Shown here: one piece after another, positions 10,053 through 23,578 of the stretch
Numbering within the stretch: the stretch's first letter is position 1
How the letters are laid out: each line of letters starts with the position of its first letter
Origin: Oikopleura dioica
Lineage: Eukaryota; Animalia; Chordata
DNA length: 64,000 nt
Reading direction: 5' to 3'
Assembly: GCA_907165135.1 (NCBI GenBank)
Contig: OU015570.1
Span: 1 to 64,000, forward strand
Program-made: the position numbers and the translations under genes
Notes under the pieces: model-generated
Told to the model about the DNA's origin: nothing
Databases searched by the model: none
The model's input: the letters and a program-made list of their open reading frames with translations, nothing else

Positions 10053-10224
10053 CTGTTGCTTTTATTTTTCCACATCCGGAAAAGGTCATCTCTGTAGGTG
10101 CGATGTGTTTGTGAAGTGGAATAGGAATGACACTCAGCGGAAGAATACATTTGTCGCTCCCACTGTCTACTAGCGCGTTGATGTCCAACTTGTATCCACA
10201 GAATGATAACGTGACTTTTGTAGC
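10053..10224 (-). pseudogene. pol: Retrotransposon aspartic protease, N-terminal part
   Basis: ATKVTLSFCGYKLDINALVDSGSDKCILPLS... in frame with gag immediately after its TAA. Interrupted by the TRIM. Confidence 0.85.
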
Positions 10225-11328
10225 TTATGTGTTGCTTTGTGAAGTATTACTGTATGCTAATAATGCACATTTTTTATCAGCGCTTATCCAAAAATTCGAA
10301 TTCTCCACTGGCAATTCCTTTTCGTCAACTTTGGCAACCAGCGTCTTCGATTTCGATTCTTTTCTCTTTTCGTGTCGGAATCTGCAATCCTTGCCTTTGG
10401 TACAGTTTCCATTCTCCCAAAATTTGCAGTAGGGCATCTTTGCCTTCTTCTCTGCGTCGCTCTCTGTTTTCTTCGGAGAATCTTTCTTCTTATTGTTGAA
10501 ATTGCCCGGTTTTGATCGAGCGAAAAATACTGATCCCCCATTGGCTGATGTCTTGGAAATCAAAAATTCGATTTTAGTAGCCACCGTCGAAGCGTCGGCC
10601 ACATCCGCCCACTCGTTCGCCATCAGCGAGTGCAGTTCATTTTTAGTGTGCTTCAATCTTTCCGCTACTATGCTCGCAGAGAAGAAAGAAATCACATCTT
10701 CCGGCGCCGGCTTGTTGCAATCATCCTCAAGAGTCGAGCCTGGATTTTTCTTCTGCTTCGTCTTTTTTATTTGAGTCAGAATCGCTTGCTGTGCCGGCGA
10801 CATGCGGTCGTCGATTTCTTCGGCATACCTTTTCCATCCTAGGTTCGGGTCGAAATTAGTCTCCATCGCGCGCTGAAGTAGCTGGATGCTACTCAGTCCA
10901 CTGTCGTAAGTTTTTTCCATCCATTTCTTCAGTTTCTCCCAAGTATTGGTTTCTTCTGTCGCAGCTTTTAGTCGCGAATACGTACTTGGTTTAAATCGAA
11001 GCTTCACTTTCGCGCAAAATTTCTCTTCTAGCTCCACATCTTTGTCTATGTACAAATCGTACAACTGGTCAATCCGCGCAGTAAATCTTCTGGAATAATT
11101 CAAATCCGCCATTGCCGCCTCCGCACTTTTGAGATTGTTGGACTGATCACGGGTGAGCTCGCTTTCGATTTTAACTGATTGGACCGTTTTTGATAGCTTC
11201 TCGCGCATTTCGTCTCTCAGTTTCTTTTTCGCTTTCGTGTCGGCTGAATTTGGACTTTCTGAAGCTTCGATTTCTTCTTCTAGCTCTTTGATGGTGTCCT
11301 TGAGAAATTTGAGCATTTCCAGCGACAT
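10225..11328 (-). CDS. gag: Gag-like protein (367 aa) with C-terminal CCCH zinc finger
   Basis: Uninterrupted ORF directly upstream of the protease. N-terminal coiled-coil-like region and C-x7-C-x5-C-x3-H (CKFWENGNCTKGKDCRFRH). Confidence 0.85.
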   Translation of the reverse strand: MSLEMLKFLKDTIKELEEEIEASESPNSADTKAKKKLRDEMREKLSKTVQSVKIESELTRDQSNNLKSAEAAMADLNYSRRFTARIDQLYDLYIDKDVELEEKFCAKVKLRFKPSTYSRLKAATEETNTWEKLKKWMEKTYDSGLSSIQLLQRAMETNFDPNLGWKRYAEEIDDRMSPAQQAILTQIKKTKQKKNPGSTLEDDCNKPAPEDVISFFSASIVAERLKHTKNELHSLMANEWADVADASTVATKIEFLISKTSANGGSVFFARSKPGNFNNKKKDSPKKTESDAEKKAKMPYCKFWENGNCTKGKDCRFRHEKRKESKSKTLVAKVDEKELPVENSNFWISADKKCALLAYSNTSQSNT

Positions 11329-11344
11329 GGCGAAAAAATATGCA

Positions 11345-11770
11345 GTTACTGTGACTCGTTTAATATCTTGAATATTGAATTTTATTCAATTATCTGAGAT
11401 AACTCGTAATTAACACGGTGGAATGGTAGAAGACTCGGCTTACAATTGGGCCTGCGACGGATGGTGGAGAAGCTGGAACAATGTGACAACAAGAAGGACA
11501 ATGGACGAAGATCAAGCCACAGCTGTCTTGGAGAGGCGAAGTACCCCTGATCTGCATAGAAATACGGTCCGCAGCTGAGCACCTTTTGATCTTCCAAGTC
11601 CAGTAGTACTGATAAAATACTGTCCACTTAATGTAAAAACACTGTTCTTTTTACACTCATTGTTTCCGGCTTCTGTACACTCCCTATTGACTATGAGATA
11701 GGTTATCAATGTCTTCTTGCCAACTAATATTTTTGTGAAACGAAAATATTAGGATAATTTTGTTGTAACA
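11345..11770 (-). repeat. Candidate 5' LTR/leader of the gypsy element
   Basis: The minus strand starts TGTTACAACA at 11770 and has an AATAAA near 11380 upstream of the gag ATG. No second LTR is available for confirmation and no clear PBS was found. Confidence 0.4.
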
Positions 11771-14700
11771 TCCAGCGGCACAAACACTAAATAAACTACA
11801 TACATACATACATACCTCAAATAATACCGAGGTGGTTTCAAACCACCCCACCCCACCTCGAAGAAATCGAGATGATTCGAAAGTCACCTCACCCTCGAGG
11901 TAGGGTGGTCGAGGTGATTTACAACCCTGACTTAAGGCCACTGTTCAAATTAGCTGTCATCCAAAAAGTGGCCTTACGTTGTGGTTTCACTGTAGTTAGT
12001 GGATATAAAATCGTCTCTTACGATAGATCTCAACGGTAAGTCTCAACGTTACCAGGATAAATTTTGAAAATGATAGAACTAGGAAATAAGAAGGACTCCT
12101 CGTGACCAGAGTTCGAAATCCGATGGTAGCAAATGGTCTCCTGCTACTATTGCTTCCATTTTTTGTTATTTCGAGACGCACTGACTATGTCCCCGAATGT
12201 CGTCGAATGTCGCCATGTTGTTCAAAATAGCATCAAATTATTAAAAAATATCTTGTTATCAAAAAAAAATCGCTCTAGAAAATGACGGAGACACAAAAAT
12301 TGACAGACCCGATCTTTGATTTCCCTACTATCCGAAGCGCACAAAGATTTCTTGACGGGATGTATAGTAAAGGTTTACATGGCTAGTTTTATCTTAATTT
12401 CTTTTAAAATTTAATTTTTAACGATCAGAACAGTATTTTTAGAAAAACAACGATATAACGTTCAAGAATCGAAGTTTTCTAGAACATGGTGTTTTTATTA
12501 TTTTTGATGACATTCGGCGACATTCGGCGACAAAGTCAATGTGAGCCGTTATTACCTGTTTTGCCAAATTCTAAAGCCAAATAAATTTTGTCATCGATTA
12601 TTTTGATAAATTCTAGAGCAGATTTATTCGGGTACCCTCCCAATCCCGGGGTTTTTTGCGAATCCCCGGGATTCGGAGGGTCAAATCCGAAATGTTCTAG
12701 AAACGCTCTCGTGTTATTTTTTATTAATCTAAAAAGTAAAAATAGGGTGACCCTCCTTTGGCCGGGAAACCCTCCTTTGGCCGGGAAAATCTGCCAAAAT
12801 CCCGGCCAAAGGAGGGTGACGGCTCAAATTGTCTATAGAAAACTCCGATAAGTATGGTTTTTAGTATTTTTTCGTCTGAAATCATCTTCGGGGACCAACC
12901 CTAACCTTTTTATAGAAATATTCGGGTGTAGGGCGGCCCAGTTCTGTGGCAGAACCTGATTCTTCTAAAATAAAGAGCCTGGTTCTTCCATCAGAGTTTT
13001 TGTGCGCTCCGCGCCAGTCTTGAAGAAACTTCAAGAATTTTGATATTCAGAACATTTCATTCAACAAATTTTGCGACTGAAATCCTCTTCGGGGACCAAC
13101 CCAGGGTTGGCAACCCTAACCCTTTTTATAGAAAAATTCTTCTTATAAAACTAACAAACTATTCAATCGGAGTCTTTCTAGAACAAAACGGATTTGACCC
13201 TCCCTAGGCCCGGATTTTTCGGATTTTCCCGGCCAAAGGAGGGTACCCGTAAAAATATTCTCAAAAAAGGGTTAGGGTTAGTCCCCGAATGCAATTTTCG
13301 TCTAAGAAAATCTGATAATTTGTAATAATCTTTTTATTTGCTTTATTAATTGGGTTAGGGTTAGGTGAGAGACCACTGGAAAACAAATCCTATACTCATT
13401 GAGGCGTTCTAGAAGCATCAAAAATGACCACCCTCCGAATCCCGGGGTTTATGCCGAAAACCCCGGGATTCGGAGGGTACCCCGGGATTGGGAGGGTCAC
13501 CCGATTTATTTGATTGATTATCGAATCCATAACTCGGTAGAAGATTGTTGTGAAAAGGAACAATTTATTTCTAGAATGTTTTTTTCCAAAAAATATGCCG
13601 AGAATACATTTGTGAAAACGATCTGTCAAAAACAAAAGATGAGCATATTCACTTCAAAAGTTGTCTACTCGACCCCCTCTGAACATAAGTTTTCAAGGAT
13701 AATTTTTTTATTTTTTGAAAAAATTGAATAATCTACATTTATAGTATTTTCTAGCCGTTACGTTGACATTTGGATTCAAATTTGGAGAGACGTGTCCAAA
13801 TTGTTGGAAATTTTATAAAGAAAATTCTTTGATTGAAAAATCTTCTGACAGAAGAAAGATGAAGGTCTTTACTTTGGTAAAAATTAATAAAAAGAGTTGA
13901 TCAGTTAGGTTCCTCAGAATTTCCCCGTTTATCTTGCTGATCACTGTTTTGCACAAATTCTAGAGCCAAATTAATTTTGTCATTGATTATTTTGATTAAT
14001 TCTAGAGCATATTTGTTTGATTGATTATCGAATCCATAACTCGGTAGAAGATTGTTGTGAAAAGGAATAATTTATTTCTAGAATTTTTTTCCAAAAAATA
14101 TGCCGAGAATACATTTGTAAAAACGATCTATCGTAAGAGATTATTTTTATCTACTTACTGATTAAAACGTCTCCTTTGAAAACTGATTGTGCTCATTTGC
14201 TTTGAAGAAATCGAGTTTGATTTTAAAAATTTGCGAATTAAAAAATTTTCTTGAATTGTTACCAGAGTTCGGAATCTTTCGGATCAAAATTGGGAGGTTC
14301 CCTTTTTTGGGAGCAGGAGCACAAGTTTATGGGACAAAGAGTAAATTGGGAGCTCCCACTTTGCTCCAAGTTTTTTGAAAATCAACAATTTTAGTCCGGA
14401 ATCTTATCTGCGAACAACAATCATGGAAACGCTTACTTTATAGTATTTTCTTTAGAAGACGCGTTTTTTCCACTCGAAATTTTTGAAAACGTCTCTTGAA
14501 AAATTTTTAAATAGCCCAAATGACATATAGTAGTTTGATTTTAATAATATCAGCAAAATGTGTGTTTTGCCGAGAAGAGACGTTTTTTGGTTCGTTTATA
14601 TTTTTTTAAAATCACTTGAAATTTAAAATATATATAATATAGTAAAAAATAAATGGTCGGTTAACATATATGAAGTACTCAATTATTGATTATAAATAAC

Positions 14701-14823
14701 TTGATATTATTATAAATATATATTATTATAAATTACTTTAAATTTTTGGAAGCAGGTAGCAGCTACATTTCTTCGGATTGCGATTTCTGCTCGTGACCGC
14801 AATTCATTTATATAATATAAGTA

Positions 14824-15224
14824 CCGTCGTTTTCCATCTTAAGAGCGTTTTTCAGATGACAAGGGTAGACCAAAACGCTCTTAAGTTGGAAAATTTACGA
14901 TCAAACTAGGATGACATGAAAAAATGATGAATGAAAATACATAAAAAGAATTTTTCCAAAACTCTAAAAATGCATCTGAGGTCATTTTTACCTATTTATG
15001 ATAAAAAATTACGATCTTTGAATCAGAGGCTATGATTTCACCTGAGAAAAAGCGTAGAAAACAATTTTTTCAATGATTTTTCAGGTTGAAATAAACGTTA
15101 TTCTAATTATTAATTAAAAATTCCTAAAAACGCTCTAAAGTTGGGATTTTCTCAGATAACAAAATTTGGAAAATATTGGCAAAAACGCTCTTAAGTTGGG
15201 CGCTCTTAAGATGGAAAACCACGG
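14824..15224. mobile_element. TA-TSD MITE (401 bp)
   Basis: TA on both sides. 24-bp TIR CCGTCGTTTTCCATCTTAAGAGCG with 1 mismatch. A partial second copy lies at about 63890-64000. Confidence 0.85.
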
Positions 15225-16242
15225 TATTTGAAATAGTCTGATGTGCTGGATATTTGGCCGGGCGGCGTTGCCTTGATGGTCAAACACGTTATAGTTTACA
15301 GTTGATTGTATTGATCTCTGGAGAGAGCAGAGTGTATCAAAAGGTTAAGTGTTTCAGAAGGAGTATCTTTTGGTTGTCTTTGTATCAGAGTGTCAAAAGT
15401 CAGAGTGTCAAGAATCAGAGTGTCGAGTTGTGCCGAGGACTCGCGGACATGTAGTTTACGACATTTGCTCGGGTGCGCCTGTGCGCTGGTGAAACCCTTA
15501 TTCAGCACATCTCTATCCAACCCCTCTTCGTTGTTTTTGATGAATTTCTTGATGCGTTATGATGACGTTCGATACCCTCAATTGTTTCCGTTTGTTTTGA
15601 TTTTTTGAGATACATTTATCCCCTCCCTCCCAAAGAATTTTAGTTTGATTCAAAATTAGTTAAGATATTTGTGCAGATAATACAATTTTTCATTAAAAGA
15701 ATATGTGTTTGACAGCTACAAAAAGATGATCATCGATTAACTTCGCAGAAAATTTTGAATATTTTTAACAGAAAGTATAAGTTGTTATCATCTTGAAAAA
15801 TATGAATTTTGCAGTAAAATATAATTGTTCAAGTTCAATTAAAATACAGTTTCTTATTGATTTTATTTATTTTTGTTGCGGGAATTACTCCCGGTCTTTT
15901 TCTTTTAAGAATTTTTTTTTTCATTTGCCTTTTACATAGACAATCATTTTTATTTAATATTGCGTGTTCCAAGTTTGTGCAGTAATTAATAAAAATTATA
16001 TACAAGTCAGGTCTGATGTCGATTTGAAACTAAAGCCTAGAAATAAGCAATTTTATCTAAAACACTGTTATACCGACAAAAATATAACAGGGTTGATTTC
16101 GTCTCAGAAAACAAATTTAAATCAATGGATTGGTCCGAACAAGCATTTCCAAGATCAATCGCAGAGCGGTAATAAATTTTTATTGTTTTATGACCTTGCG
16201 GTGAAAGTCAACATAAATTTGAGTTGTAGAATAAAAACTTAA

Positions 16243-16908
16243 GGGTACTATCTTCGATTTCCATAAGGTGTCTTTTCAAAAGATATATAAGAATCGGTTG
16301 TTAGAAATAGATTCTTTATTAAATTTTATGATTATATCTTATTGACAACTATTCGTAATTATCAATGTATCTTGAGATATGGCCTCTAGAAGTTTTTCGA
16401 AAAAATTTTGAACTTCGATTTTCTCGACCGAGTGCTTGTTCGAAAGCTCAGAGCAAGGGCAGTATGTTGGTAGCTGTATCGATCGCGACATTAAGATATT
16501 TTCGATTCTAGAGCCAAAAATGTGTCGCAAACTTTTAAAAAATGCTCAATTTTCGCAAAATCGGCGAGACCCAATTTTCAAAAAATTATTTTTGGTATTT
16601 TTAGTTTTTCAATGAAAAAATCCTTCTGTAATTTTAAAGATAAATGCTCAAATAACAAATAAAAAATTAAATAAGGTCAAGTTATCAGACTTGTTTTCGA
16701 GTTATTCAACCGTTTATATGGGCCATTTTGGCGAAGATGACCACTTCAAGCCAAAATTTAGCCGCTTTTCGGTTGAGCAATTAATAAACACCTCTGTAAT
16801 AGTTAAGATCTAGGACAGATCTATTAAATGAGCCTATATCGACTCATCAATCATTCACAAGCTCCGAGTTATTCAAGGCTCAAGTTGGGGAAATCGAAGA
16901 TAGTACCC
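16243..16908. mobile_element. Kolobok-like MITE (GG termini, TTAA TSD)
   Basis: TTAA|GGGTACTATCTTCGATTTCC ... GGAAATCGAAGATAGTACCC|TTAA. Right-part copies at about 21980-22490 (inverted) and 26467-26970. Confidence 0.75.
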
Positions 16909-19310
16909 TTAATTGGTCCTTTGATGTCAATACGAATTCTGGCAGTATTTTGCATTTAAAGATAAACTCGAACAGGCGGATAATTCTATTATTGTATTTA
17001 AGATATTCTAAAATAAATTTCCTCTCACTCATCAGTGTAAGTCCTAAAGAACGACTCTTTTTTTAAGAATATTCCAAGAAGAGACCCTTCACGAGACTGA
17101 TTATTAAAGCTCAAAGTTCAGGCTTCTAATTAAAAGCGAATTTAAGAGGTCTTAAGGGGTTCTCCCTATATTTTTTTTTGAAAAATCGATAAGACCTCAA
17201 AAAATGGCAATTTTTATCGAAAAATTTTTGCCACGGTTTCAGAAGATGGTCTTATTGAGACTATCGGATTCTACGGGATGGAGAACACGAAAAACATAAC
17301 TGCTCTCGATTTCGAGATTTCATGGCGAGCGCTATTCTAGAGCCTCTAGCGCCTTCTAGAGGTGAAGGTCCCGGTGGTTTTCTACACATATTCGGAACCG
17401 TCAGAGTCTCCTCTACAACCGAGTATAAGTTTTATTTCCACAGACCCGGGATACTAGAAGTTACGGTCCCCTATCCGAAGAGTACGAGATATTTGGCCCT
17501 TTGGAAGGCAAAAAGTGCCCCAGGGTATGAGTCAAACCCCTTACCAGGGGTGGATATTTTGATATCAAATCATTATTTCAACCGTTTTTGATTTGAAATT
17601 TCAAAAGATAAGCCTTTTTTCAACTCATTTTCGCAATTGCAAATTCATTTCAAATGATAATGGCGCGGAGCCTTTTTTGAAATTTTCAACTGGTTCATTT
17701 TGCATTTTGCGAAAGGGTTTCAAATCTGGACAGATTTTTCAATCTTTTTTCATTTTTCAAATCAATTTCAAATTGCTGAGCCTTGGAGGACACTAGAGGA
17801 CACAATGTGTTGAAGAGGTATAAAAAGTGAAGTTGGACTCATAAATTATAGAAAATAGGAAAATTTTCTTCAAAGGTACCAATTTTTGGTCGGCTTCTCG
17901 AATTTTGTACCACCTCCTTGACCCCCCGGGACAAGGAATTCTCGCGCTCACAATTACCGTCATAGCCTGGGCTACACACTAAGACATGTGGTGCCAGAGT
18001 TGCAAATTTGCGTAGCGGAGATAGCGGAGCTGACGGCTCCGCTACGGGAAAACACTTTTCGCTCAGCTACTGTGAAGAAAATTCTTACCAGCTCCGCTAC
18101 GGCCAAAAAAATTTTTGCCAGCTCCGATTAGCTAAACTTTCCTCTCAGCTCCGCTATCTAAGCTTAGCTACTGATATTAAAATTAAGGCCCTTTTCTGTG
18201 TGAAAAAAGGCCCTTACTATCAATAGTTAAAATGATCCCCAGCTCCTGGGCTTTCTAAAACTGTATTCTACTAAGCCCAAAAAAAAACTCGTTTTTCGTC
18301 GATTTTCCCTATATATATGCATTTGATATAATTATAAAAAATCTGTCAAGATACATGCAGAGAGAAGTGTTTAAGCAACATTATTCTTATCGAAATTTGA
18401 AATTTGAACGAGTACATATTGAGAAAAACGATCTCAAAGTTCCTCGAGATTACAGAAATCGAACTTCTTTGAAGCGGCGGTAGGGGATTAACGGATAAAA
18501 ATCTACAAAATCGGTCAAGATTAATGCAGAGAGAAGGGTCCAAATAATAATATTCAAATTGATTTTTTATGTAGAAACTATCCGGTTAGTAGAATTATTA
18601 ACTCAAAGTTGATCCTGTTTCAAAAAAATCGTTGGGGACACCCTTAAGGCCACTATTTTTTCAATTTGTAGCTGCTGGATTCCTTCATCATCGGGAAAAT
18701 CGATCCTTATTTTTCGTATGAAAAAAGCAAGTCCACGTGTTTTGATTTTGATTTTCTTTTTCCCGTATTCTTCCTTGATCTTCTTTTCAAATTGCTCCAT
18801 TGATGAAATCTTCGAATTATGAGACATTAAAAACCTTCGTTTCGATGTAGAATCAAAGATTTTTAACCGCTGATCATAAAGTCGAGAAAATGTCCGCGTC
18901 GGAATGTCTTTTCCATCATGTTTCTTTCGAAATAGCCCATTGATAATCTTCTTTGCATCACTCTTGTTCGGCGTCTTCACTAGAATCTCTGCATATCTTT
19001 TTTTCTCGGCCAATATCATGTGGATTCTCTTTTCTTCTTGCGACATGTTTGCAGCAAATTTATTTTTCAGTGAATGAAATATATCCTAAGGTTTGATTCA
19101 AATAGCGCAATCAGTTTTAACAATTCATACTTGGTTCGTGCAAGTAATTTCTGATAAGATCCCCGCCTTTCATTTTTGATTCCCATGATTCAGTCCCTTA
19201 CTCTAGAAATAGAAAAATTTTAGCGTCATCCAACTTGGTTGGAGAATCACCAAACTTAAGCGTTTACATAATAATTAAAATCAAACAAGGTTTAAACTTA
19301 TCTAGTTATA
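16401..19310 (+). repeat. ~2.9-kb direct segmental duplication (second copy about 26467-29352)
   Basis: Near-identical sequence about 10.05 kb apart. Duplicated ORFs in the track include 17322..17591 = 27380..27649 and 18346..18543 = 28396..28593. Confidence 0.9.
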
Positions 19311-20088
19311 CAATATATTGCATCTGCAGATGACATCGATTTGTTTACTTTTACCATAAAAGAGATTACTGACAGCTGCGTTCACGAGACATAAGCTGGC
19401 GTTAATCAAAGATCTTACTTACCTATCTGCATTGACGCTTTGATTCTTGCATAAAATGGATTTGTGTCAGAATGGTTAAAAAGAGAAGTTCAACTTTGAA
19501 AGGATTGAGCGCCCTCATTTTTCATCATATGAAGATAAAAATACATCCAGCGGAAAGAGCAGACAATTCTCTACAAAAGTTAGTTCATGGGGTTTTCTGA
19601 AAATCAATTATAAAGCGGTAAGAATCGGTAATCAGGAGTTATTAGCGCGCCCGTTTCAGGAATCGCGCGCAAACAAGCCAAATTAATGCCTCGCGCAGCG
19701 CAAACGCCCGCTGCGGAACCGATCCACTCCGGAAAAGGCTCGCTTGATCTCGACAGGTAATTGTTATCATAACCCCATACTTACCCCTAAACTATACCCC
19801 TATACTAACCCCTAACTTTTGTAGAGAATCGTCTGCTCTTTCCGCTGGATGTATTTTCATGCGATTTCGTGCGATGAAAAATGAGGGCGCTCAATCCTTT
19901 TAAAGTTGAACTTCTCTTTTTAGCCTTTCTGACTAAAGTATTCATGATATAGAAAAACTAAAAATCGCAATAAAAAGATGACTCTTTGAATATAATATTT
20001 CCAAAAAAAAATTTTGAAAAACCTCAAGTCAAAAATCTATGAGGCGCGCGTGAAGTAGCGTCTTAGCTAGCTCGGCAAGGTCCCTTAA

Positions 20089-21007
20089 GGGATCCCCTCC
20101 CGTTTTGGCCATTTTCAACTGGGAATTCAGCCGATTTGGGCTGATGAATTGGGGCGTATAATAGCTCTACGGATAGCCCAGGTGCTATCCGCTATTCTCT
20201 AGTACAGAGAAGTTTTTTTCTCAAGGCAAACCTACCACTAGGAAGGGCCAAAGTTCGAAATTTTCGAAAAAACGCCATTTTAGGCCATTTTTGAATCGAA
20301 ATTCAGCCAAATTGGGCTTAGATAGACGCAATCTGAAACAAGAGCCTGACAGAATAGTGCCTAATCTACAATCTCTAGTACAGAGAACTTTTTTGGTCAA
20401 GTAAGAAAAAAATTTTCTTAAGAAGAACTTTTTGATGCTACTTTAGCCCTTTTCTGGTTTTTATTAGCTCTCTAGCGCCAAAATATGGCCAAAAATTCTA
20501 GTGCGGTCATCATATTCTTTCTCCTTGCATTCTAAGCTATCGATAGACCCCTTATTCGTCTGTTTTCGTTGACATTGAAAAGTGGAAAAAAATTGCAATT
20601 TTCACGCTAAGTACAATTTATATGCATTTTTACGACTTTCGAGGGCCAGAATTCCGGTGGAAGATATTCGTAAAGGGGAAGTTTGATACAGTCAGGGCTT
20701 GCAATTTCACTGTTTTTTATTTCGGGATTTTTGCCGAAAACCGTGTAATTGCGAGCCTCGAAATCTTAAGGCCAAATTGCAATTTTACAAAACTTATGGG
20801 GTTTTTTTCGTTCAAAAAAGTAAATTTGGTTGCTTCAATTTTACCATGCTGTTATTTTGAGGCTCTAGAAGAGAATATATTCTTTAAATATTCAATAGTT
20901 AGTTCATCTACGTGGATAAATCATCAAAATGATCCTCAGAATATGGGGAATCTAAATATGCTATAAAGAGACCCCTGATAAAGAGTTGAAAAAACAGGGG
21001 GGATCCC
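20089..21007. mobile_element. Kolobok-like MITE (919 bp)
   Basis: TTAA|GGGATCCCC ... GGGGATCCC|TTAA. The empty site gcaaggtcccTTAAgtcaggg is seen in a paralogous copy near 49030-49046. Confidence 0.8.
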
Positions 21008-22502
21008 TTAAGTCAGGGTTGTAAATCACCTCGACCATCCTACCTCGAGGGTGAGGTGTTTTTCGAATCATCTCGATTTCTTCGAGGTGGGCTGGGGTGG
21101 TTTGAAACCACCTCGGTATTATTTGAGGTGGGAAACGGTCGGACTCATTACCAATTGGTAACCCATTACCAATTGTGGTAACCCATTACCAATTTTGGTA
21201 ATGCATTACCAAATTCGTCAAAAAAGTGTCGATTTTTTCATTCGAAGAGCGAGTGTTTTCGAGAAGGGTTGGGGTGGTTTCAAAAATCGCACTCAAACCG
21301 CGAGGTGATGTCTAGGTGAGAAGCTTGAGGTGGCTTCTAGACCAAAATTATTTTGGTAAAATGTTATTTTTTGATGATAAACAGTAAGATTGCTTCATTC
21401 TGGAGACCTATAATCTGAATAATAATGTATATTCCGCGGATAGCTCTACAGAAGAGACGACTTTTAATCTCAAAATTAATCGTATGTTTCTTTTAGAACC
21501 TCAAACTTTAGTCTCTTTTATGTATATTATACATAAATATTATACATATTGTATGTCTCGTGAACGCAGCTGTCAGTAATCTCTTTTATGGTAAAAGTAA
21601 ACAAATCGATGTCATCTGCAGATGCAATATTTGTGGCTTAAATTGCAGCGTTGGCAATTACAAGAATCATACTTAACGAGCATGGATTTTCCAGAAAAAA
21701 CAGTTTTCAAAAAAAAATATAGGGAGAACCCCTTAAGACCTCTTAAATTCGCTTTTAATTAGAAGCCTGAACTTTGAGCTTTAATAATCAGTCTCGTGAA
21801 GGGTCTCTTCTTGGAATATTCTTAAAAAAAGAGTCGTTCTTTAGGACTTACACTGATGAGTGAGAGGAAATTTATTTTAGAATATCTTAAATACAATAAT
21901 AGAATTATCCGCCTGTTCGAGTTTATCTTTAAATGCAAAATACTGCCAGAATTCGTATTGACATCAAAGGACCAATTAAGGGTACTATCTTCGATTTCCC
22001 CAACTTGAGCCTTGAATAACTCGGAGCTTGTGAATGATTGATGAGTCGATATAGGCTCATTTAATAGATCTGTCCTAGATCTTAACTATTACAGAGGTGT
22101 TTATTAATTGCTCAACCGAAAAGCGGCTAAATTTTGGCTTGAAGTGGTCATCTTCGCCAAAATGGCCCATATAAACGGTTGAATAACTCGAAAACAAGTC
22201 TGATAACTTGACCTTATTTAATTTTTTATTTGTTATTTGAGCATTTATCTTTAAAATTACAGAAGGATTTTTTCATTGAAAAACTAAAAATACCAAAAAT
22301 AATTTTTTGAAAATTGGGTCTCGTCGATTTTGCGAAAATTGAGCATTTTTTAAAAGTTTGCGACACATTTTTGGCTCTAGAATCGAAAATATCTTAATGT
22401 CGCGATCGATACAGCTACCAACATACTGCCCTTGCTCTGAGCTTTCGAACAAGCACTCGGTCGAGAAAATCGAAGTTCAAAATTTTTTTCCTTTCAAAAA
22501 TG

Positions 22503-23578
22503 AACTTCTCTTTTTAACCATTCTGACACAAATCCATTTTATGCAAGAATCAAAGCGTCAATGCAGATAGGTAAGTAAGATCTTTGATTAACGCCAGCTT
22601 ATGTCTCGTGAACGCAGCTGTCAGTTATCTCTTTTATGGTAAAAGTAAACAAATCGATGTCATCTGCAGATGCAATATTTGTGGCTTAAATTGCAGCGTT
22701 GGCAATTACAAGAATCATACTTTACGAGCATGGATTTTCCAGAAAAAACAGTTTACTTGTCTTTCACTTGTTTCAGCACAAATTTAATTGAAATTTTTCA
22801 AAAGTCCCTAAACCCGAAAGAACACTCTCAAAGGATGAAGCCCATGCTGTGAGAATATATTATTCAAATGAAAGAAGAAGACTTCTCGTTATTACGAAGT
22901 CAGCTGCATATTTTCTCGATGAAGCAAAAAGTATCGAAGCAAAAAACATGACAGAGTTTTTCCTTAAATAAAACAATACAAATATCATTAAGCCCATTAG
23001 CGAGAATTCGAAATTATACAACAAGTTTACTCAAACATGATCTCAAATAAGAGAAAATGTCTTGTTTTCGAAAAAATCGTTCTAGAATATAACTTGGCCG
23101 CGTAGTCGTTAGAATCACTCCTAAAGTTTTCTCCAACAGAATCGCAGAGGGCATACAAGTTTCTAGATGGAACTTTAATATAGGATATTTTTAGCTTTTT
23201 TGAACTGAATTAAGAAACAATTCTGATTTTAATCACATTAATGATTTCTGATCGGGGCTGAACTGGCCCAAAGGGCCGTCAAGCCATTTGAATTTAAAAA
23301 TCATGGAACAAGGCGTAGACGAACCATCCCCGTCAAAAATTTACCATTTTTGAGAGGCTTGATTGACTAGAAAACCTAAAGGAAACATGATAAACATCTT
23401 ACAAAAGTGAGACCTTGCTCCAATCGTTTTAACAAGCCACTGTGAGCATTTCTAGCCATTACCAGGCATGGGCATTAAATTAAATTTCATTTGATATTAA
23501 AAAATAATGAACGAACCAAAAAGCGTCTCTTCTCGGCGAAACATACATTTTGCTGATAGTATTAAAGTCAAACTCTAT
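22503..23578 (+). repeat. ~1.1-kb module repeated six times in alternating orientation
   Basis: Approximate copies: + 22503-23578, - 25381-26457, + 31079-32150, - 34627-37400 (interrupted), + 40313-41998 (interrupted), - 44200-44595 (partial). The MINASLCLV.. ORF repeats in the track. Confidence 0.9.

Larger units (their letters stand above)
104..11770 (-). mobile_element. Ty3/gypsy LTR retrotransposon, fragmented by nested insertions and 3'-truncated at the telomere
   Basis: Minus-strand order is gag (11328-10225), protease ALVDSGS, RT (LPMIDNIFS..FSDLD, YQYVRMPFG, SYVDDIL), RNase H (CDAS..., TDHKAL), then integrase (HENGH..CSTC zinc motif, LYIDF, ISSDQGTHF, GCLERQHR). PR-RT-RH-IN is gypsy order. 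The reading frame rejoins exactly across the insertions. Confidence 0.92.

Noticed and set aside
12177-12543. MITE with CAC-like termini (Transib-like)
   Set aside because: Imperfect inverted ends are visible but no TSD could be identified, so it was not classified.
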